Shown: one piece after another, positions 49,369 to 61,204 of the stretch
Layout: the number at the start of each line of letters is the position of its first letter
Position numbering within the stretch: position 1 is the stretch's first letter
From: Paraspadella gotoi
Taxonomy: Eukaryota > Animalia > Chaetognatha
NCBI GenBank assembly: GCA_051294375.1
Contig: CM119267.1
Span: 26,337,324-26,401,323 of the forward strand
Length of the DNA: 64,000 bases
Direction of reading: 5' to 3'
Notes under the pieces: generated by a model
Databases searched by the model: none
Seen by the model: only the letters and a program-made list of their open reading frames with translations
Told to the model about the DNA's origin: nothing
Made by a program: the position numbers and the translations under genes

Positions 49369-50660
49369 CTAGATGGTTCCCCCTCACCACAGATGACTTT
49401 CTATACCAGCGGCAGCAGTAGCTTTTTCAATCGCAATTTTAATATCGTCAACAGGAACATCGGCCACCGCTAAAATTGTTAGAAAACAATGCAATTAGAT
49501 TACATAGAATATTGCTGCACCGAAAGGTCTTTATTTGTGATACGACTCGGATCCCGGAAAACGTCCGTCAGTCTTTTGGTTTCTTCGTCAGAGTTTCGCG
49601 GGCGTAGCAAACCTCCGACTTCAGCCCTTTTTGACCTCCAAATCCGAGACTCCATTGATTTCGCACCTTTCAAGAAAATTCAACATCAGAAGACGAAGAA
49701 AAAGGCCCATTATGCTTTTTACAATTATCTAAAAGGTTTACGTCTCTTTTTTTGATAAAGTTGCCTGCCTTCCCTTTTAAAGATGAAACAGCATCAATTT
49801 TTTTCTGTTTTTGTTTTCATTAAATTGTTTTTGCAGCGAATCTAACTCAGCACTGAACTTTCTTACTTCACGAGCAGCTGTTGTCCCATAGATACTTATA
49901 CCACCGCTACGAATTACGGACGGTCTGAAACACACTTTACACTTGTAGTCCGAAGTCGAGTGAAAGCTATCAATAAGACCAAACGAATTTTCTGCCGCCA
50001 GATTCGTCACGGGAAGTTGCTTTAACTTTGGTGCCGGAATTTGAGAAACATCATTCTGTAAAAAATTTAACAGTATGTATGGTTTAAAAATAATAAATCC
50101 GTTATATTAACCAAAAAAAGCAAATAAAAACTTTATCACTCATTAAAACCTTGTTTCTGAGTTAGCTGAAAACCGTAAGCATCCCCTCTTTGCCGAGTAA
50201 GGTCTTGCGCAAGTGACTCATCAGGCCCTATGTTCTTCAGAGTTTCCTCGGTCTCGCTGTCCAAGCCCGTCAATCTCCAACTGCAAAGACTCTAACCAAC
50301 GTTTAGGATAAACATTTTATTTAAAACCTCAGTGAATGAAAGCTGTAAAGGAGGAATAGCTGCGCTGCGTGGTTGACAATGCCCGTGAAAGCGAATTGTT
50401 TGTAATTAGACAACTCCGAATAAAGCAATGGAAGGGAACTAAGCAATTCGATATGAGTTGAATTTTTACCAATTCAATTAAGGCTCCACGAGTATGCAAT
50501 CCAATAAACAAAGGGACAACAGAATCTAATAAAACCGCACCCCAAAATCGTCCTGACAAAAATGACAAGATCATTACGATTTTCAATTCTATCACAAAGA
50601 TTTCGCACATCATCCCAATGATAAAAACTACAGTGGCGAATTTCTACAGCACCAAACCTA
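49369..50660 (-). pseudogene. Second partial copy of the hAT-like transposase (3' half)
   Basis: Colinear with 41736-43063, differing mostly by single-base indels; coding-like sequence seems to continue toward ~48960. Confidence 0.85.
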
Positions 50661-51404
50661 ACCCTGGGGAAATGAACAATCCGATTCAATTCGATTTATC
50701 AGCTGATTCTACTTGTTGATATCGATTCCATCTCGCTGCTAAATCTTATTTACAAACTCAAGAACTTGTCAGAACTACTCAGCAATATTTTTCCTATGAG
50801 TAGTCTCTACAATTGTTTCATAATTTTTATTATTATTCATTGTTATAGTTAATATATCCAATAATTTATTGCATTATTGTTATTCCATATAGAATTATAG
50901 ATATTCTAATTGCTTGATGGCAAAAGCAGATGGAATATCTATATGCTTTGATTATTTTATTAAGGTCATGATTTATAGCAATAACCAAGCCAATTAGTTA
51001 TAGACGCTTTTTACTAAATAAGTTCAAAGACTACTCTAAAGCTTGTCTCTCGATTACTCCACGAGCGCCAAATTTGATGTCACTTCCGGTCAACGTCCGC
51101 CAGACTCTCCCGTTCCACTACGACCTTCAGCAACGCCTCTGGAGTAACTAAGTCGCTTGTCAAATCGCGTCTACGTTAGATGGCATTAAAGAGATATATT
51201 TTCGCCATTTACAAACCAACTCAACCCTAACCCTAAACCATCTCAACTCTAACGCTAATCTAAGTTTAGTTTAGGCGAAATCGCCATAAGAACGCCAAGT
51301 CGCGATTTAGCGATTTCGCACTGAACTACATCTAGCGTTCTAGTTATGGCAATTTCGCCTAAACTAAACTCAGAAAAGGGTTAGGGTGAGGGTTAGGCGA
51401 AAAT

Positions 51405-51912
51405 CTCGCTTAAAAAAAATTCAACATTTTTCTAATAGAGATTTCCGTTCGAATCTGACTGCCCAACTTTACAAACGACATTGGGAGAAATTCCGGTAGA
51501 AAACAGTTGTAAAAATGCATGATTCCGATAGCGTTGCATCTCAAGAGCTCGACTTTTTGTTCTTGTAGCATTTGATAAAGAATTTACTACCAAACAAGCC
51601 AGGGGAAATGAACTACTCATCTCCGGATGATTTTCAAAACTCATTTTTACTATCGAAATGAAAGGGAAATTTTACTTTTTTAAAATTACAAATGGGATTA
51701 CAGTATGTTAGCATTATAAATGGTACTTCAAATTATGAGATTCCAAATTATGTGTCCCAAGAGCTCGACTTTTTTTCCTTTTTAGTACTGACCATTTTTT
51801 TCATATTAAACCATCCTGGTAAAGTGAATTGGTCCAGTTTTCATCACAAAATTTTTATTTAAAAAGAAATTAAAAGGAAGGTTGAGAAAAAAAAAGATTT
51901 TTCCTAATATCT
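51405..51912 (+). repeat. Dispersed AT-rich repeat family (also ~29380-29900, 52545-52720 inverted, 60615-61200)
   Basis: Shared blocks such as aaaaaaattcaacatttttctaat, gaatctgact, gattccgat, aaattaaaaggaagg. Confidence 0.7.
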
Positions 51913-53046
51913 ATATATTACACTTTCATAATATCGCCGATTCTGACTTCCTCTTACAAACTTATAATTCTGCTAGTTAATTTTTTTTTTCTTAAACGAG
52001 CTAAAGGAATCCACAACTTTCTAATATTTTATAATTTCTAGGTAAAAAAATATAATACATTACATTATCATTGAGATATTGTGAAAGTGTAATGTCTTGT
52101 GAAGCCTGTGAAAGTTGAGTAATTAAAAAATTCGCCTATTTTATTATTAAAAACTAACATTAAAGTAAAGAAGTTGAACATCTTCTGGCTCCTTTCAGTA
52201 AACGTCCCTGTTCTCTAAAATAAGATGATGTTTACTTTTTGCTAGTGGAAAAGAAGGATAAATACTTAAGCTGTGATGGGGTGAATAATATTTTGTAGAA
52301 TTTTGTAAGCATGCTTGTAAAATCAGACAAGCAATTATTTAAGTAACAAAAAATTTACATTTTCTTTATCCAAAAAACTTTTAAGTTTTACTAGAGTACA
52401 ATTTAGCCTTTTTTCTTTCAGAATCAATAAAAAGAATTTAATTTTCATTTATTCTTATGGGGTGTCATTAGTTTTAAAATTAATTATAATTTTGACTTAG
52501 TTTGACACTCACCCTGTAAAAAGGTTTCAGCAAAAATAATTATAAAATTGTATCTTGTATGTGCCCTATGATTATGGCTTCATTTTGGTACTTTTGCCAT
52601 CCCTTTATCTTTGTTCCTTCAAAAGATATTAGGAAAAATAAGTTTTTTCTCTCAACCTTCCTTTTAATTTCTTTTTAAATAAAAATTTCATATTGTCAAA
52701 CCAGACCAATGGACTTTACCACTTTATACATAGTGCTTACCATAGAAAATGTTAAATTTTTAAAATAATGTTTTTTTAGTTTTGAAAGCAGATTCAAATT
52801 CTTCATATTTTCTATTTACTTTTTATAAGAAAATATATATATTTTTTTTATATTTTCTTATAAGTCTTAATCAAAAATTCTTTCATTAAATTAGCCAAAA
52901 ATTTTAAAAACTATATTTTTTATACTCAAATTTAATTATAGGTTAATAATAATAGTTTTTTAAGATTTTCATTCACTTAATAAAATAATTTTCTAAAAAG
53001 AGTTAGATTTCCTTTTATCAACTTTTTGTGAGGAATTCGAATCTGC

Positions 53047-53250
53047 TATGGTGGACTAAAATCCACCAACCGTTCATCAGTGGCCATTGGTGCCGGAGGC
53101 AAGTCATTCGCCTCCCAACCCAAAGGTCCGGGGTTCTAGCCCGGTGGCCGCCTAGCAGTTAAGAGGGACGGGGCGCTTAACCTGCCTGTAACACGGTGTT
53201 ACAGCCTGATCCGAAGCACAGGGACTGCTTAATGCTTATATTGAACGGTT
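53047..53250 (+). mobile_element. tRNA(Gly)-derived SINE-like repeat; diverged copy at 53590-53770
   Basis: cattggtg...attcgcctcccaa...ggtccggggttc resembles tRNA-Gly (GCATTGGTG...TCGCCT(G/C)CCA...GGCCCGGGTTCG); three copies in the window. Confidence 0.55.
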
Positions 53251-54439
53251 TTGTCACTAACATATATTATATTGGTTGTACCAATTTCATATAACAATAA
53301 TTACTATCTCTTCACTGCTTTTAAATTAAGAAAAAAATGTTTTAAAATTTTGATATTTTCTATGGTAAATACTATGTATAAATATGGGCATATGAAAAAA
53401 ATTGAAAAATAAAAATTACTTTTTTTTTTATTTAAAAATGTTCACAGGTACAAGTTCGTGAGCTACTATTCGAATTTTGATTTACTTGATTTTAATATTT
53501 TTGCTACGCTTTATTATCCAGTGGAATTCATTTTATTACATTTTTACTTTAGGCTGTTTATAAATAATATTTATTAAATATTACTATTCTGATGGCTTAA
53601 AATGCACCAACCGTTCACACGATCATTGGAACAGGAAGCAAGTCACTCGCTTTCCAACCCAAAGGTCTGGGGTTCTAGCCCGGTGGCCGCTTACCAGTTA
53701 AAAGAAATGGGGCGCTTCACCCGCCTGAAATATGGTGTTATGGTCTGATCCAAAACTCAGGGACTTCTTATTAAGAAAAAGGGTCATTCAATTCAACTTC
53801 AAAATAGGTCCAAACATTCAGAAGCTTGAGCTCCTGGCGATTCCGAAAATGTATCACTTTAAAACATTTGATGCATTCTACCCCATTTTATATCGGTTTT
53901 AATTATAACTCTGGGAGTGAATAAACGAGACTGTGAGAGAGTCTTGATTGAAAGCTTGCAGTGTCCTGCTATGTCATTATCTTGTAAGAGTGATGGAGGC
54001 CTTAAACGCACCAAAGCCTGTCCAAAGTCAGGGGCAAGATTAGCTTATTTATTAAATGAATGGATAATTTTTTATATTGGTTGTACCAATTTCATAAAAT
54101 AAAAGAAACCTATCTGAAGAGTTGCAGGTCAACGAAAAGGCCAATCCATCTGATATTTTTTATGAATTTTTTATTACTGGAATTAGAAAAATGTAATATG
54201 AGAGACATTTTTAAATTTCAACTTGTATCCTTGAAAATGAAACGTTTTTAAACTTTAACCCTGAATTCTTTCTAACTGGAACGCGTTTATCAAAATGTCT
54301 CTCTATTACATTTTTACAAATGTTTTTAAGATTGCTAATCAAATTTTTAATTCAATATTATTGCAGTCATTTAGGCTGCAACTCTTCAAATTCAGTGTAG
54401 ATTCATTAGTAGTCGAATTTCTTTACCATCTATTTAACT

Positions 54440-56344
54440 GAAGATTTTGTTCATGACTGGAAAACCACAGAGTAACGAGATTAATTGTTTAATTCTCCCC
54501 TTCTAAACTAACCCATACCGGTGTTTTAACTTCTTACCTTAGAATTTTTTTAACAAACAGATTGAAAAACAAATCTTTAAAAAATGTGCTTACCCATTTA
54601 ACTTAACAATTTTATTATTTACTGATTTCAAAAAAAAATATTTAAAACACAATGTTGACATATAAATAAAAAACTTTTTTTGGTGATTACTGGTGATTAC
54701 GATGTATTTCTCGATGTATTTAGCTCTAATACATCAATGATTAACGTATTGTTATGCTGAATAAGAGTTCTGTAATATAAATAACGTTACAGCATCCTGA
54801 GGGATAACGAAATTAAAACAAGTTTGAGCAAGCAATGCCGGATCTGCAGGCTTGAATTTACATTTAATATAAAAATAAAAAAATAGTTGAAATAGATTGT
54901 TTTGTTTTTTTTGCATTTTAAAATCATTCACTTGGAAGCGATTCATCGAAACTTCATTGTTCTGGCTGCAATCCACACAATACAAAAATTTGAAGTCAAA
55001 TCCCCATCCATGATATCACGAGTAATGTGGGGTTTTTTTGTCTAAGGTGGGAGGAGCCGGAACAGAAGACAGACGGACTGTAAAGGGTTAAACACCGCTC
55101 TCCTCTGCTCTCTCTTCTCTCTCTCATCTTCTGCCTTCTCTCTCTCTCTCTCTCAGCACGCCATTATTATCCATCGTAGAACTGCGTAAAGGGAAAAGTT
55201 ATAAAATAACTCGCTTGTTCTGAGCTGGCCACCAGAGGCAGACGTATCTGATTGGTGTAAAATAATTAAGTAATTATCAGCCAATAGGCTTTGTAGACTG
55301 TTTCAACTAAAATTAAATTAAAACTAAAACACGCTGTTAAGTCACTAAAAGAGAGGAGTGCAAGCTAGAATATTCGACCCCTCTACACGGACGAGCTTTT
55401 TTTTTGCATAATTTATCATAATTCGATGTTCTGGCATGATATAAGTGAATGTCCGAAAGAATAAAAAGGAAAGAAAGAATATAAAGGAAAGAAAGAATAG
55501 AAAGGAAAGAAAGAATAGAAAGGAAAGAAACAATAGAAAGGAAAGAAACAATAAAAAAAAAAAGAATAGAAAGGAAAGAAAGAATAAAAAGGAAAGNNNN
55601 NNNNNNNNNNNNNNNNNNNNNNNNNNNNNNNNNNNNNNNNNNNNNNNNNNNNNNNNNNNNNNNNNNNNNNNNNNNNNNNNNNNNNNNNNNNNNNNNNNNN
55701 NNNNNNNNNNNNNNNNNNNNNNNNNNNNNNNNNNNNNNNNNNNNNNNNNNNNNNNNNNNNNNNNNNNNNNNNNNNNNNNNNNNNNNNNNNNNNNNNNNNN
55801 NNNNNNNNNNNNNNNNNNNNNNNNNNNNNNNNNNNNNNNNNNNNNNNNNNNNNNNNNNNNNNNNNNNNNNNNNNNNNNNNNNNNNNNNNNNNNNNNNNNN
55901 NNNNNNNNNNNNNNNNNNNNNNNNNNNNNNNNNNNNNNNNNNAATTTTTATGTTTTATTAGTTAAAAATAGCAAAAACTATAGTACCCGAAGCGAGCTGG
56001 TCTACGGANNNNNNNNNNTATTGTTATGCTGAATAAGAGTTCTGTAATATAAATAACGTTACAGCATCCCTGAGGGATAACGAAATTAAAACAAGTTTGA
56101 GCAAGCAATGCCGGATCTGCAGCTTGAATTTACATTTAATATAAAAATAAAAAAAATAGTGAAATAGATTGTTTGTTTTTTTCATTTTAAATCATTTTCA
56201 CTTGGACGATTCATCGAAACTTCATTTCCTGCTCAATCACACACATACAAAATTTGAAGTCAATCCATCCATGATATCACGAGTAATTGGGGTTTTTTGC
56301 TAAGGTGGGACGGACGGACAGACAGACAGACGGACTGTAAAGGG

Positions 56345-56386
<42 letters not shown>

Positions 56387-57935
56387 NNNNNNNNNNNNNN
56401 NNNNNNNNNNNTTCGATGTCACGCCCTTAATAAAGTGAGGCAATATGGGTATATTCGGAAATCGTACGGTTCTTGGGAAGACATGAATGGGGAGCGCGAG
56501 CTTAAATTACGACATTTTCAAGTATTAAAATGCATTTGAAATAGATTGGTATCTACCTTCGAATCTTCCTCTCCGATAGACCAGCTCGCTTCGGGTACTA
56601 TAGTTTTTGCTATATTTTAACTAATAAAACATAAAAATTTAAAAATATTGCAATAATATTTTTACTTTATTTTTCAAGTTTTACCCGAATCCGTTTTTAT
56701 AAATTCTAAATAAGAAACAATTTTTTTCTATATTATAGTAATACGATTAACTTTAAAATTCTTTCTGTTTATAATTAATTTTCTTTTTTTCCCTTTTCTA
56801 TTCTTTCTTTCCTTTTTATTCTTTCTTTCCTTTCTATTCTTTTTTTTTTATTGTTTCTTTCCTTTCTATTGTTTCTTTCCTTCTTCTATTCTTCTCTTTC
56901 TATCTTTCTTTTCCTTTATATTCTTTCTTTCCCTTTTTATTCTTTCGGACATTCACTTATATCAATGCCAGAAACATCGAATTATGATAAATTATGCAAA
57001 AAAAAAGCTCGTCCGTGTAGAGGTCGATATTCTAGCTTGCATCCTCTCTTTTAGTGACTAACAGCGCTGTTTTAGTTTAATTTAATTTTAGTTGAAACAG
57101 TCTACAAAGCCTATTGGCTTATAATTACTTAATTATTTACACCAATCAGATACGTCTGCCTCTGGTGGCCAGCTCAGAAACGAGTATTTATAACTTTTCC
57201 CTTTACGAGTTTTACGATGACAATAATGGGTGTGGAGAGAGAGAGAGAGAGACGAGAGATGAGACGAGAGAGAGAGAGAGAGAGGGTGTTTACCCTTTAC
57301 AGTCCGTCTGTCTGTCTCTCCGTCCGTCCCACCTTAGCAAAAACCCATTACTCGTCTGATATCATGGATGGATTGACTTCAAATTTTGTATGTTGTGATT
57401 GAGCAGAAATGAAGTTTCGATGAATCGTCCAAGTGAAAATGATTTAAATGAAAAAAACAAACAAATCTATTTCACTATTTTTTTATTTTTATATTAAATG
57501 TAAATTCAAGCTGCAGATCCGGCATTGCTTGCTCAAACTTGTTTAATTTCGTTATCCTCAGGGATGCTGTAACGTTATTTATAATTACAGAACTCTTATT
57601 CAGCATAACAATACGTAATCATTTGATGTATTAGAGCTAATACATCGAGAAATACATCGTAATCACAGTAATCACCCAAAAAAGGTTTCTTTATTTATAT
57701 GTCAACATTGGTTTTTAATATTTTTTTTTAAATCAGTAAATAATAAAATTGGTAAGACTTAAGATGGGTAAGCCACATTTTTTAAAGATTTGTTTTTTCA
57801 ATCTTTTGCTTTAAAAAATTCTAGGTAAGAGTATAAACACGGCTATGGGTTAGTTTAGAAGGGAGAATTAAACAATAATTTCGCTTACTCTGTTGCGTTT
57901 TCCAGTCCTAATGAAACAAATCTTCACAGTAAATA
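54440..57935. repeat. Large noisy palindrome centred on assembly gaps
   Basis: 54440-55596 is the reverse complement of ~56790-57935; 55943-56008 is the reverse complement of 56572-56640; 56019-56386 repeats 54748-55150. Confidence 0.85.
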
Positions 57936-58024
57936 GATGTAAATCCTCCTTCCTTTTTGAAAAATATCGATTTCTAGAGAAAACTTGATCCCCCATCGTG
58001 CGAAACGACTGGCACCCCCACATA

Positions 58025-58870
58025 AAGATCGTCGCAATTGCATAAAAAGAGAGAGAGAGAGAAGGAGACATAAAATAGATTATAGAGGATATTTGTTTGT
58101 TTTGATAAAATGTAAACAAAACATATTTAATAACTGTCCTAACCCAATTTTAAGGACATCGATGATGATAAGTTGAATATAAATTTAAAATTAATTATTA
58201 CATATTAAAATTAATTAATTAATTAATCGATTAATTAATTAATTATCGTAGGCAGATCCGACATTGTTTGCTCAAACTTGTTTTAATAGAAAGCCTCTTA
58301 CAAGATGTGAGAAAATGATTAAGATACAGTAAGTTAAGATAATTTTTGAAAAAAATCGATTTTTAAAAAAACAAGTTTGAGCAAACAATGTCGGATCTGC
58401 CCATGATCATTATCGGTAATTAATTAAATTATTTAATAATTAAACAATCAATTAATTAATTTGATCCCAAATGTTTGTTTTTAGGTCTTTTCGTCACTAA
58501 CCACGACAAAAGCAATGACGACGATGAGAATAATGCCAATAATGATTGATTTGATTTATTGACTGATTAATTAATTATTTATTAATTAATTGACTGATTA
58601 ATTATTTGATTAATTAATACATCCTGCATTTACATTTGGTATAAAAGGAAAAAGAAGCATAATCAATTAGTGAAACAGGTTTTTTGTTTTTTCCATTTAA
58701 AATAATTTCTACTATGACGATTAATCACACGCTTTCCTACCCACATACCAAATTCAAGGTCAATCGCCCCAACCACTCATGAGTAATTGGTGTTCAAATA
58801 GTGAAATATATTTTTTTGTTTTTTCCATTTATACTCATTTCCACTCGGACGATTCCATCGACACTTCATA
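58025..58870. mobile_element. Two back-to-back HINE-like copies
   Basis: 58025-58283 is a near-identical reverse complement of 1237-1530; 58371 starts a new acaagtttgagcaaacaatgtcggatctgcc copy like those at 29015 and 41061. Confidence 0.75.
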
Positions 58871-58935
58871 TCCGGCGCCATCGTCTCTTCTGCGCCATTT
58901 ATACCCGATTCCATCTGCTTTTGAATGCGCAGAAC

Positions 58936-59270
58936 TTATGGCAACAGCCGGGTTGCCTGTGATGACCATTGGGATGGGGCATCTCGCTGTTGGCTTTGGG
59001 GGATTCTGACCCCTTCTGAAGAGAAAAGGCCGAGACCGACGGAGACGGCCAGATCTGACCTATTCAGCTCATGACCACTAGGTACCGGGTTCAATCCCGA
59101 CCCGGTACCTACCCTGCGTGAAGCGTGAGGACAGCCGTAAGCCGCCTTGGGGGCGTGGAAAACCCTCAAGCCTGGTTCCAAGCCCAGGACCCGTTCCATG
59201 GCTGCTAGAGGGGGTTAAAGAAGTTGCGGATAGCATTCTTCAGCCCCTCTTAGCGCCTTATCCACAAATA
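58936..59270 (+). repeat. GC-richer interspersed repeat of unknown class
   Basis: 58936-59005 is the reverse complement of 41460-41532; weaker relative at 13170-13245. Confidence 0.55.
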
Positions 59271-59495
59271 TACCACCCCCCTACCTCATTTTATTAGAAT
59301 TTTATATTACAGAACTCCTCATGATAAAAAGTGATCAATTTTGGCCCGCCTTAATGCTTATATGGAACGGTTATTATTCTGTCTCTTCACTATCCTTAAA
59401 AATGTAAAATACAAAATGAGAACATTAATTGTCATTGACGCAATAAGGATAGAAAAAATGAATAATGAGCAAAGGTTGCAATATAAGATTATCAC

Positions 59496-59665
59496 CTTTT
59501 TTTCGTGGGTTTTGCCTGCCATATGCTGGTTCATCTGGAACTCCGTGGTTAGGCCGATGTGGCAAACGTCGCACCAAAAGTTGACGGGCCACTTGCGACG
59601 GTTCTCTGCCTCCTTGTCGTCGACGGGTTCGGGAACGGGAGTCGTCAAGTAGAACGGTAGTTCCC
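59496..59665 (-). CDS. Multi-zinc-finger gene exon 2 (finger 1)
   Basis: ttttctataaag|GG GAA; FWCDVCHIGLTTEFQMNQHMAGKTHEKK|gtgata; 170 nt, phase 1-0. Confidence 0.9.
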
Positions 59666-59746
59666 CTTTATAGAAAATAGTTAAAAATAAAAATGATTTT
59701 AACAAAAAATTAATAAAAAAAAAGACCTCCCCTAGAAAAAAAATAC

Positions 59747-60014
59747 CCTCTTCCTTGTAGTCGCCATTCTCTTCGTATTCCTCGCCGTATCCGCTTGTGT
59801 AGCAGTCAACGGCGGAGTAGCCGCCAGAATAAGTGGAGTAGCCCCCAGAATAACTGCTGGAGAAGCCGCCTCGGGTGGAGTCGCTTCCAGAATATTCCTG
59901 GTAGAAGCTATAGTCATGCACTGTGTTGAAGTCTAAATCAGATGGAAGATCGGCGGCAGCGTGGGCACCCATCTGAGCAATAGGCCCACCGGGCACCATG
60001 TACCCATAATCCAT
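59747..60014 (-). CDS. Multi-zinc-finger gene first coding exon (Y/S/G-rich low-complexity N-terminus)
   Basis: ATG at 60014; YSGSDSTRGGFSSSYSGGYSTYSGGYS; GAG G|gtattt donor; 268 nt. Confidence 0.82.
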
Positions 60015-60272
60015 TTTTCTAACAATTAGAAACTAAGAAATATTTTCATGAAATTAAAGCTTCACAGAAGTAAAGCGCTGAAAAAGAGTATCGGCCTCCA
60101 TGAATAACTACTGAACCTTAACTATAGACATTATAATCAGCGTTGGTTTTTCCACCTTCCTTCAATTAATACGCTAAAAACCTTCAAGATCATCGGTACT
60201 TGAGAAAAAACTTCAAAAAAATTATTACAATATCACAGTGTAAAAATGAATATAATATAGCGGGAAAAAGCT

Positions 60273-60278
60273 TTTATT
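60273..60278 (-). terminator. Candidate polyadenylation signal of CPOX
   Basis: Minus-strand AATAAA ~90 nt after the stop codon. Confidence 0.5.
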
Positions 60279-60368
60279 TTCCTTAATTTCGTAATTTCCC
60301 GCCTTATTAGTAGCGCCTCGCGGCGACTAAATAGATGAAAAAAAAATATAAAAGAAAATACTATAGAC

Positions 60369-60556
60369 TCAAGCGACATGTCTAGCTTCTTCCGCCTCCA
60401 CGGCCTCCTCGACGTCCTCGTCGACGTTGACCCAATCCACGGGCGATTTGAGAGCCTGGATTAATTTCTCGGCGAGGCTGCCCTCCTCCGCTCGATGATC
60501 ATATTCCCAACGGGCAGTGAGAGGAAGGGACATGAGGATAGACTCGATGCGGCTGC
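60369..60556 (-). CDS. CPOX: Coproporphyrinogen III oxidase (oxygen-dependent), terminal exon; not in the ORF track
   Basis: cttcag|GC AGC...: (G)[42 protein letters not shown]..., the conserved CPOX/HemF C-terminus ([19 protein letters not shown]...P.DW). Upstream exons lie beyond 64000. Confidence 0.95.
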
Positions 60557-61204
60557 CTGAAGATCACAGACAAAAATCAATCTTTCAAATATAAGTTATA
60601 ATATAGACGAGAATCTCGATTTAAAAAAAATTCAACATTTTTCTAATTAGAGAGTTTCGTCACAATCTGACTACCCAAATTGCAAACGCGATGCCAGAAA
60701 TTCGGGTAGAAAAACAGTTGTAAAAACGCAGGATTCCGATATTGTTACATCTGAAGAGCTTGTCCTATTCGTTTTATCACATTTGATGAAGGATTTGATA
60801 TCAAAAAAGCCAGGGGAAATGCACTCCATCTTCAGCAGAATTTTCAAACCTCATTTTTACTATAGAAATGAAAGGGAAAGTTTTACAAACTTAAAATTGC
60901 AAACGGGATTGCTATATGTTCTGTTACATGAGCGACTTCGAATTTCGCGATTCCGATAGCTTTGTGTCTGAAGAGCTTGTCCTATTTTTCTTTTTCATTT
61001 TATAATGATTTTGACATAAAATATCAAGTCTAAATGAAATAGTCAGGTTTGAATCGCGAAATTTTATTTAAAAATAAAATTAAAAGGAAGGTGAGAAAAA
61101 AACTGATTTTCCTAATATCTTTTGAAGGAATAAAGATAAAGGGATGGCAATAGTACCTAAATGAAGCCATAATCATAGGGCACATACAAGATACAATTTT
61201 AGAA

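Noticed and set aside
55345-56032. KERKN/FLSFL repeat ORFs
   Set aside because: Purine-rich simple repeat running into an N gap.
59358-59495. Hydrophobic C-terminus of the 218-aa ORF (TM-anchored single-finger protein)
   Set aside because: Follows an AAG|gtgata donor that joins exon 3 in phase; T-rich intron read-through is the simpler explanation.
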